Both the position numbers and the translations under genes were made by a program. This document shows positions 48,847 to 55,624 of a stretch of DNA of 64,000 nucleotides, piece after piece. Each line of letters starts with the position of its first letter. Position 1 is the stretch's first letter. The stretch is from an uncultured Clostridia bacterium (lineage in GTDB: Bacteria; Bacillota; Clostridia; Christensenellales; UBA1242), in NCBI GenBank assembly GCA_944350085.1, contig CALVNY010000007.1, positions 657 through 64,656 on the forward strand, read 5' to 3'. The notes below the pieces were generated by a model, which was not told the DNA's origin, made no database searches, and worked only from the letters and a program-made list of their open reading frames with translations.

Positions 48847-49656
48847 TTAGTTTATTTTTATATTTATATTTTTAATATATTCTTTTCTATACTTGTCTAT
48901 CAAAAATTGAAGTTCTTTACCCTGTTTTAAACAAGTGCTTAAAACTTGCTCTGCTAAGTATCCCTCGTTATAGCACATAATAAGTTCATAATCTAAATTT
49001 ATTGGTGGAAGTTTTGCTAGTTTTTTTGCAATCTCCTCCCAATTAATTGTTCCAAAAACATTTAGTGTGTGGTCGTCAGATTTTCCCATATTGTCGTGCA
49101 AATGAAGCGCAATCAACTTATCCCCAAATTTTGTTAAATAATCAAAATCTTTATCAAAAACATTGTTGTGCCCACTATCATAACAAAATTTTAAATGACT
49201 ATGATTTATATTTTTAAAAACATCTAAAAATATTTTTTGGTGGTCTATATTTTCAATAGCAAGCGGAACATTTAATTTTTCGCACAATTTTAAAACATTT
49301 TTTAACCTTTTTTCGCCAATTTTGCTGTACTCCCCAATCAAATGAACAACAACCGAATTAAAGCCATATTTATGAGCCAATTTTACATCTTTTTTTAGTC
49401 TGTTTTTTAAAATAGCACCTTTAATTCCCCTTTTCCAAAAGTTTGGTAATTCACTTGATTTGTAAGCCATGTGCAAACTAGAAACTTTTATGTTGTATTT
49501 GTTAAATAGATTCATCTGTTCTTTTAGTTTGCCGTTTTGCTTATTATACTTTTTGTCGGCTGTGGTGATTACTGAATCAATTCCACTTTCCTTAATCATT
49601 TTACATCTTTCTTCGCTTGGAATTTTAAATCCAAAATAAAAACTTATTCCTATCAT
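48847..49656 (-). CDS. Xylose-isomerase-like TIM-barrel protein (sugar phosphate isomerase/epimerase family)
   Basis: LAIEN, CYDSGH and HLHDN metal-ligand motifs. It is a paralog of the 63414-64000 gene. Confidence 0.7.
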   Translation of the reverse strand: MIGISFYFGFKIPSEERCKMIKESGIDSVITTADKKYNKQNGKLKEQMNLFNKYNIKVSSLHMAYKSSELPNFWKRGIKGAILKNRLKKDVKLAHKYGFNSVVVHLIGEYSKIGEKRLKNVLKLCEKLNVPLAIENIDHQKIFLDVFKNINHSHLKFCYDSGHNNVFDKDFDYLTKFGDKLIALHLHDNMGKSDDHTLNVFGTINWEEIAKKLAKLPPINLDYELIMCYNEGYLAEQVLSTCLKQGKELQFLIDKYRKEYIKNINIKIN

Positions 49657-49797
49657 ATCTAATTCCTTTTATAACTCAATAGATTATATCACAACAAAAT
49701 CTTTTAAAAAATTATTTTTTTACTAAAATTTCATTTTATTTAACAAAAGAAATATAAAATTCATAATGTGAAGTGTATATCAAATATTAAGTTGATA

Positions 49798-50138
49798 ATG
49801 CAAACCCAAAAAATGGTAACATTGTAACAACAAAAATTACAAAAGTTATTCCACCAAAACCAAGACCAATATATATTATAAAATGCTGTTGTTGCAATAA
49901 CTGTTGTTGTAACAATAATAACAATTGTAATTTTTGTGATTTATGCAACATTTTAAGATGTTGTTCTCCTTGTAAAAGAAGAAAATTTAATAATTGTAAT
50001 CATTACTATTGCAAACATTTTAATCAATTTATTTATTACAATTTTTATAAAAAAATTCTTAAATTAAATAGATTTTATCGCTGTAAAAACAAAAATTATG
50101 GTCGCTACAAAATCACTAAAAATTTTCGCAATTTTTAA
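49798..50138 (+). pseudogene. Cysteine-rich basic small protein gene with disrupted or non-canonical start
   Basis: A stop-free frame at 49791-50135 encodes ...KCCCCNNCCCNNNNNCNFCDLCNILRCCSPCKRRKFNNCNHYYCKHF..., with TAA at 50136-50138. The frame contains no in-frame ATG/GTG/TTG. The ATG at 49798 would be in frame if the A6 run at 49808-49813 were A7. Confidence 0.35.
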
Positions 50139-50241
50139 CAAAAAAATTAGTTTTATTAAATTAAAGTAATAAAATTTTAAAACTATTTTATGTTAAAAAC
50201 GCCTTTATTAAGCCATATTTAAAAGTGTGCAATGTTTAAAA

Positions 50242-50270
50242 GTTGTATTTTTTAATATTTTGTGATATAA
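50242..50270 (+). promoter_or_regulatory. Sigma-A promoter with extended -10
   Basis: TTGTAT (50242-50247), 17 nt to TATAAT (50265-50270), preceded by TGa (50262-50264). Confidence 0.55.
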
Positions 50271-50602
50271 TAGCACTGTATCAAGCATAGATTTATGTTA
50301 TGCTCTTGGGCTGTTAAACTAAATGCCAACAAATGTTTTAGTGTTGCAAAAAAAATAATCGTCCAATTTCGCTAGTTATTGGAAAAAAATTTGTATTAAC
50401 ATTTTGTTGGTTGGCATAATGTCACAGGTCTTGATACATTTATCTTGAATTATTCAAGAAATCTTAGTCACAAGTTTCTATGTTTATATGTGGGGTGTTA
50501 ACTTATAAGTACTCTTGGCAAGTATGTTAAGTTGTTAATATCAGTCTATGGTAACTAGGTTAAAAACTTGTGGAAAAACAAAGGATTTAATTTAATATTT
50601 TT
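50271..50602 (+). promoter_or_regulatory. Long structured 5' leader (candidate cis-regulatory RNA) of the YgjV-like gene
   Basis: Perfect 9-bp long-range helices at 50276-50284/50429-50437 and at 50468-50476/50563-50571. A 12-bp helix pairs 50325-50336 with 50397-50409. Hairpins are at 50361-50382 and 50442-50458. CTCTTGG and TGTTAA motifs recur. Confidence 0.4.
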
Positions 50603-51187
50603 ATGTCAAATGTCAATTTCATAATTGCTCAATGTTTGGGTGTGACGGCGACATTTATACTATGTTTATCCTACATGGTTAAAAATAAAAAATCTTTTTT
50701 ACTTATTAGCCTGTTGGGTGATGTAGTGTATGGAATTTCTTTTATATTTGTTAATTCCTTTGGTGCAGGTTTAATTGTTTTACTATCTTGTGTTCAAAAT
50801 TTGTTCTTTTACTATTATAGTAAAGTGGGCAAACAAACACCAATTGCAATTTCTGTTACTTTTATATTGTTGTTTGTAATAAGCGGGGTGTCAACATTTA
50901 ACACTTTGTGGGATATTATCCCTATTGTAACTTATGTTTGGTTTACAATTGTCTTATACTTTAAGGATATGAAGGTAATTAGATTAATGTATGTTTTACC
51001 AAACATATTGCTTGCAATTTATGATTTAATGGTTATGGCATATGCCAGTGCTTTCGAAGATGGAATAGAAGCAATATTCTTAATTTCGATTATTATTATT
51101 GATTTTATAAAATCAAAGAAGACTTCAAAAGTTACAAATGTTTATAAAAACGTAAAAGTTATTTTTGAAAAGCAAACGCAACACTAA
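50603..51187 (+). CDS. YgjV-family inner membrane protein
   Basis: About 6 TM helices. The N-terminal pattern IIAQCLGV..F......V.N.K.F.....L....Y..SF resembles E. coli YgjV. There is no SD within 5-12 nt of the ATG. Confidence 0.5.
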   Translation: MSNVNFIIAQCLGVTATFILCLSYMVKNKKSFLLISLLGDVVYGISFIFVNSFGAGLIVLLSCVQNLFFYYYSKVGKQTPIAISVTFILLFVISGVSTFNTLWDIIPIVTYVWFTIVLYFKDMKVIRLMYVLPNILLAIYDLMVMAYASAFEDGIEAIFLISIIIIDFIKSKKTSKVTNVYKNVKVIFEKQTQH

Positions 51188-51348
51188 AAATTTATACTTT
51201 TTATATGGCATATAGGAGTTGGCTACCAACTTACAGTCCACCATATTTAAAGAAAACTAGTGATAACCATTAAAAAACACAATATAGTAATTTAATTAAC
51301 TGCATTAATAAACAAATATAAAAACCCAAAGTTGTGAAGTTTCACAAC

Positions 51349-51381
51349 AAAAAAAGAGGATAGCCAATCCTCTTTTTTTTT
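51349..51381. terminator. Bidirectional intrinsic terminator
   Basis: AGAGGAT (51355-51361) pairs with ATCCTCT (51368-51374), with long A and T runs. Confidence 0.75.
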
Positions 51382-51395
51382 AAATCAAAACTTTT

Positions 51396-51953
51396 TTACA
51401 AGTTTAAAGAATTAAGATGTAGTTTTAATATTTTAAAATAAATTTTTGCTAATTTTTCAGGTTCTTCTACCATGCCATTTTTTATCCAAGTCATTTCCAA
51501 ATAAAAAATTTCAGCAATAAACATATGAATAGAATAATCTCTAAATCTAGACACTATTTTTCTATCATATAATGAATAAAATGCTTTTATATAACAATTA
51601 TATAATAAATATTCAAGCTTTCGATCAAGCAAAAGTTTTATTTGGTTTGCATATTTTTGAAAGTTTAAAAGAGTTGTTAAAATTATGTTTTGCGTTTCAA
51701 ATGAAAGTTTGCGTTTTTCTTTAATTTTGTCAACTGTGCTTTTAAAACAATTTAAAACATAATCTTCAATAACATTTTCCTTCGAGTTAAAGTTTCTATA
51801 AAAGCCCATTCTGCTAACCCCTGCTTTTTTTATTATTTCAGAAATAGTTATCTTCTCAAACTCCTTGTCTTTAATAATGTCAAAAAATGCTGTTGTGATG
51901 CAATCTTTAACAAAAATATTTACTTTGTTGACTTTTTTATTTTCGTGATACAT
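51396..51953 (-). CDS. TetR/AcrR family transcriptional regulator
   Basis: HTH ITISEIIKKAGVSRMGFYRNF. I prefer the ATG at 51953, which follows a GGTGG SD. Confidence 0.8.
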   Translation of the reverse strand: MYHENKKVNKVNIFVKDCITTAFFDIIKDKEFEKITISEIIKKAGVSRMGFYRNFNSKENVIEDYVLNCFKSTVDKIKEKRKLSFETQNIILTTLLNFQKYANQIKLLLDRKLEYLLYNCYIKAFYSLYDRKIVSRFRDYSIHMFIAEIFYLEMTWIKNGMVEEPEKLAKIYFKILKLHLNSLNL

Positions 51954-51997
51954 TTTGCCACCTTTTATCACAGTTATTTATATTTTAAAAATATATA

Positions 51998-52049
51998 TTG
52001 CTATTTTAAACAATTTTAAAGTATACTACTTACTGTTACAAGTGTAACA
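51998..52049 (+). promoter_or_regulatory. degV promoter with overlapping palindromic operator
   Basis: TTGCTA (51998-52003), 18 nt, TATACT (52022-52027), then the perfect inverted repeat TGTTACA-AG-TGTAACA (52034-52049). Confidence 0.4.
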
Positions 52050-52079
52050 CTAAATTTTTTGTAAGTAAAGGAAATATAA

Positions 52080-52910
52080 ATGATTAAATTAGTTGTAGAT
52101 TGCACATGCGAAATTGACCAAGGCAAAGCCAACGAACTTCAAATTATTTCTATTCCAATGACTGTGTCGTTTTCAAATATGGAATATTTAGCAGGTGTTG
52201 AATTAAGTAACACCAAATTTTATGAATTATTAAAACAAAGCAAAGAACTTCCGCACACCTCACAAATAAATGAAAGCACATACATAGACATAATAAAACC
52301 TTTGTTGGACAATGGAGACGAAGTTTTTGTTATGTGTTTGTCAAGCGAATTGTCTGGCACATTTAATAGTTTAAGGTTGGCACAAGAAACATTAAATTCA
52401 AAAAATCTTGAAATTTTAGACACAGAAACCACAACTTTTGCATACAAAGCATTAGTTTATGAAGCAATCAAAGAAATTAAAAAGGGCACAACGCTACACC
52501 AATTAAAAGAAAAACTAGAATTTTTAAAATCTAAGCTTAGGCTATATGCAATTATAGATAATGTAAAATATCTAATAAAAGGTGGAAGATTGTCCCTTGC
52601 AAAAGGATTTGTTGTTGGAGCATTAAACATAAAGCCAATAGTAACAATAAAAGACAAAGTGGTTAAAGTTGTTGGAAATGGAATTGGATATAATATCGCC
52701 AAAAAAAATATGTGCAAATTTATTAAGAATATTGACTATTCAATGCCTGCATATTTTGCACACTCAAATGATGTTAAAAAAGCAGAAGACATTAAAAGCA
52801 CAATGGAGCAAAAATTTGGTTTTAGTTTTAATGAAATGTGTGAAATTGGACCAATTATTGGAACTCACACAGGCCCTGGCTGTGTTGGAATTGTATATTT
52901 TGAAAAATAA
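52080..52910 (+). CDS. DegV family fatty-acid-binding protein
   Basis: DCTCEI start, YLIKGGR, and GTHTGPG near the C-terminus. Confidence 0.85.
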   Translation: MIKLVVDCTCEIDQGKANELQIISIPMTVSFSNMEYLAGVELSNTKFYELLKQSKELPHTSQINESTYIDIIKPLLDNGDEVFVMCLSSELSGTFNSLRLAQETLNSKNLEILDTETTTFAYKALVYEAIKEIKKGTTLHQLKEKLEFLKSKLRLYAIIDNVKYLIKGGRLSLAKGFVVGALNIKPIVTIKDKVVKVVGNGIGYNIAKKNMCKFIKNIDYSMPAYFAHSNDVKKAEDIKSTMEQKFGFSFNEMCEIGPIIGTHTGPGCVGIVYFEK

Positions 52911-52920
52911 AAAAATGATA

Positions 52921-52953
52921 AAAAAAGCATTATAAAAATAATGCTTTTTTTGT
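52921..52953. terminator. Bidirectional intrinsic terminator
   Basis: AGCATTAT (52927-52934) pairs with ATAATGCT (52940-52947). Confidence 0.75.
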
Positions 52954-52988
52954 TTTAATCAATTAAATATCAATTTATTTAAACACAC

Positions 52989-53573
52989 TTATGCGTTTTC
53001 CTTCAAATCTTTTAAGTACTTTAAATATGCCTTTTTGCAGGAATAATCCTTGCTTATGTTTAATCCAAGCCCCTTAATTTTGGAATACATTAAATTTATT
53101 TTCTCAAAATCTTTTAAACCTTTCATTGATTCATTTTCTTCATATTCAATAAAAACACCTAGCCCATCAATAATTTGTATTCCTAAATCCACATCGTCTT
53201 TTACATAACAATGTATATCTTGTTTTAGCTCGCACCAACAATTTAAGTTTGCCATATCAAAAATTTTTAAAGTTTTGCCTAAATCATCAATTTTAACTGT
53301 TATCTTTTCTTCACTTAAAACATTTCCCGCTTCATCTAAAATTTTATTTTTATAACACAAAGAGTTGTTTTCCTCATCTTCAATTACCTGTCTAACCAAA
53401 AAAGAGTTTTTCATCAACTTTTCATAATCAACAATGTTATTATCACAAAGTGATGTGTAATACCAATCATTTAATTTAAAATGACAAGTCTTTTTAAAAC
53501 CCAAATCTAAAAGTTTTTGTATTACTAAATTTACATCGTCATAAACTTCAACTGTTATTTCTGTTTCTTTCAT
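52989..53573 (-). CDS. CYTH domain protein (class IV adenylate cyclase / triphosphate tunnel metalloenzyme-like)
   Basis: ETEITVEV start (ExExK-like), then FLVRQV, LCYKNK, EEKITVKI and IIDGLGVFIEYE strands in CYTH order. Confidence 0.55.
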   Translation of the reverse strand: MKETEITVEVYDDVNLVIQKLLDLGFKKTCHFKLNDWYYTSLCDNNIVDYEKLMKNSFLVRQVIEDEENNSLCYKNKILDEAGNVLSEEKITVKIDDLGKTLKIFDMANLNCWCELKQDIHCYVKDDVDLGIQIIDGLGVFIEYEENESMKGLKDFEKINLMYSKIKGLGLNISKDYSCKKAYLKYLKDLKENA

Positions 53574-53622
53574 ATATTCTCCATTTATTTTATCCTTAAA
53601 ATACTAAATAAAAAAATATATT

Positions 53623-54102
53623 TTAGTTTTGCTTGTTTAGTTTATTAAATATTAAGTAAGAAATTTTTTTATCGTTTTTTAATGTGTAAATAAATTCTGG
53701 AAGAATTTTGTAATTTTTTAATGATTTTTTATTAAGCCAAATCATTGTTTCGTTTTCATTGTCAAAATTTTTAATTTCTTCCATTTTGCAAATTGGATTA
53801 TCATTTTTTAATTTTACATAAAAAACATAATCAACTTCATGATAATTTTTATTATCAAATGCAAAAAATTGCTCGGTCACTTTTAAAAGTTTTGGCTCAA
53901 CATTTTCTAAGTGCAACTCTTCTTTAAGTTCCCTTTTCATGGCATCAAGAGTGCTTTCGCCAGCATGTACTCTACCACCCGGCAAATTTAAAAAATCACA
54001 TTCTGTGCTTTTTTCAAGCAAATATCTGTTTTTGTTTTCTATTAAACAGCAAACTCTAAAATTAAATTTGTAATTATCTATTAAAACCGAAACATCTTCC
54101 AT
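53623..54102 (-). CDS. NUDIX hydrolase
   Basis: Nudix box GGRVHAGESTLDAMKRELKEELHL. Confidence 0.85.
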   Translation of the reverse strand: MEDVSVLIDNYKFNFRVCCLIENKNRYLLEKSTECDFLNLPGGRVHAGESTLDAMKRELKEELHLENVEPKLLKVTEQFFAFDNKNYHEVDYVFYVKLKNDNPICKMEEIKNFDNENETMIWLNKKSLKNYKILPEFIYTLKNDKKISYLIFNKLNKQN

Positions 54103-54299
54103 ATTTCACCTCTCACAAAATAATAATAACAAAATTTTAAAAAAAACAAAACAAATACTAACAAAAAACTATTTAAATACAAATTATTAAACTTATTATT
54201 ATAACAATTTGTTTTATGTTATTTAAAGTTTAAAAACTTTTAATTTATAAACTTAGCCCACTCTCTATCGCAATCTTTATAAGTATTGTTAAAAAGGAA

Positions 54300-54807
54300 T
54301 TATTGCACATTATCACTTTTTATAAAATTTCCATACTCATCTCTTTTTTGATTTAAATAATGATATGATTTTTTTGGAGTTACTTTTTGAGTTGGTACAA
54401 CTATATAAGCAACACCATTAATACAACCATAAAAAATCGCATTTCAACATAGGTGTTCAAATGCGATTGCTCTTGGCGGGACAGTGGTGATAGCGTTCGC
54501 ACACCATTAGTCCCATTTTTTATTGTTTCCATTTTCTCGGAATGTTCGCTAAATTCAAGCGTTTCAATGTTTTGACAACCTTTAATATTAAGATAAACAG
54601 TGGTATTATCATCTGACACATAAACTTTATATACTAGATTATCTATAATTTGTCTTTGAAAATCTTTGTCATTTTTATCACCTTTTATGATTTGCCTTTT
54701 GGCAACCGTATAAATTGCATAGTTCGGAAAAGAACTGTAATCTTTGTATCTGTATGTCAAAGTCAATGATGAAGAAATAAATATTGCATAAAAAAAGAGC
54801 CAACCAT
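54300..54807 (-). pseudogene. Frameshifted gene for a small signal-anchored protein (two homopolymer frameshifts)
   Basis: Three consecutive reading-frame pieces join if T7 (plus strand A7, 54790-54796) and T6 (plus strand A6, 54431-54436) are each one nt longer. The joined product is MVGSFFF-YAIFISSSLTLTYRYKDYSS...EMRFF-YGCINGVAYIVVPTQKVTPKKSYHYLNQKRDEYGNFIKSDNVQ, with the stop at 54300-54302. Confidence 0.55.
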
Positions 54808-54995
54808 AAATTAATTGACTCTATATAGACGAATATTAAATTGTTTAAGCAATATTTTTTCCATTGACTTTTACGAGAACTATGCCAACCACCACAGCCA
54901 AAAGGCAAATCATAAAAGGTGGTTCGAGGCAAGTTATGTAAGTTTAAGTTGATTTTATTTTATTTGTATAAATCAACACAAATTTCAATATTTTA

Positions 54996-55004
54996 TGTTA
55001 TAAT
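54996..55004 (+). promoter_or_regulatory. Extended -10 element
   Basis: TGtTATAAT lies 18 nt upstream of the ATG at 55022. Confidence 0.4.
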
Positions 55005-55021
55005 ACTCTCAAGAGGTACTT

Positions 55022-55297
55022 ATGGGATTTTGGAGTAATTTATTTAAAACTAAAAGTATTATTAAAACTGAAATAGTCGGTCATAAAGAAGGGTTAAGCG
55101 AAGAAGAACAACTTGATAATTTAGTTATTGGAGATATGGAAGGTGGATTTGATGGTATGGTTGTAGCAGATGTTTACAATCAATATCATTGTTCTCAAAC
55201 AACTTTTAAGGTTTATTATGATAACGGAACATACAAGTTTGAAACAGTTGATGATGATAGTCGCAGGTATCATTACCTTTTACAATTTCTTACATAA
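55022..55297 (+). CDS. Hypothetical protein, 91 aa
   Basis: An AGAGG SD, an extended -10 and its own terminator are present. Confidence 0.5.
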   Translation: MGFWSNLFKTKSIIKTEIVGHKEGLSEEEQLDNLVIGDMEGGFDGMVVADVYNQYHCSQTTFKVYYDNGTYKFETVDDDSRRYHYLLQFLT

Positions 55298-55331
55298 AAA
55301 AAGCCAAGTTGAATTTCAACCTGGCTTTTTC
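55296..55331. terminator. Bidirectional intrinsic terminator
   Basis: AGCCAAGTTGAA (55302-55313) pairs with TTCAACCTGGCT (55315-55326), with one mismatch. Confidence 0.75.
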
Positions 55332-55458
55332 TTATTTAGATTTAATCCAATTTCCATCTTTATCTCTCGGTATAGTTAAATAATGATAAGAAACCTTTGG
55401 AGTAAACTTTGGTGTAGGAACGATAAATGCAGGAACACCTTTTAGACAAAAATAAAAG
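55332..55458 (-). pseudogene. C-terminal gene fragment paralogous to the 54300-54807 gene
   Basis: The minus frame encodes FYFCLKGVPAFIVPTPKFTPKVSYHYLTIPRDKDGNWIKSK-stop. This aligns with YGCINGVAYIVVPTQKVTPKKSYHYLNQKRDEYGNFIKSD. There is no start codon, and the upstream part is occupied by the tRNA-Ser terminator. Confidence 0.55.
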
Positions 55459-55480
55459 AACCGCGTGTGCGAACGCGGTC
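55447..55480 (-). terminator. Intrinsic terminator of tRNA-Ser
   Basis: ACCGCG (55460-55465) pairs with CGCGGT (55474-55479), followed by a T-rich run on the minus strand. Confidence 0.75.
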
Positions 55481-55485
55481 CCGAA

Positions 55486-55576
55486 TGGCGGAGAGTGAGG
55501 GATTTGAACCCTCGCGCCAGTTGCCCGACCTAACACCTTAGCAGGGTGCCCTCTTGAGCCTCTTGAGTAACTCTCC
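55486..55576 (-). tRNA. tRNA-Ser (anticodon GCU)
   Basis: Acceptor GGAGAGT/ACTCTCC, anticodon loop CTGCTAA, a long variable arm, T-loop TTCAAAT, and an encoded CCA. Confidence 0.9.
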
Positions 55577-55595
55577 ATATTTAACTAGCTTAATT

Positions 55596-55624
55596 ATTCT
55601 ATCAATAATTTTTCAATTAGTCAA
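55596..55624 (-). promoter_or_regulatory. Promoter of tRNA-Ser
   Basis: On the minus strand: TTGACT (55619-55624), 17 nt, TAGAAT (55596-55601). Confidence 0.55.

Noticed and set aside
54493-55476. An invertible (inverton-type) promoter segment bounded by the 12-nt inverted repeat.
   Set aside because: The repeat is short. One copy is the loop and stem of the tRNA-Ser terminator and the other lies inside coding sequence. Inversion would not place either promoter in front of an intact gene. It is retained only as a recombination trace in the findings.
55360-55578. A 72-aa minus-strand ORF.
   Set aside because: It is translated through tRNA-Ser and its terminator, and it is not in the frame of the paralogous gene fragment.
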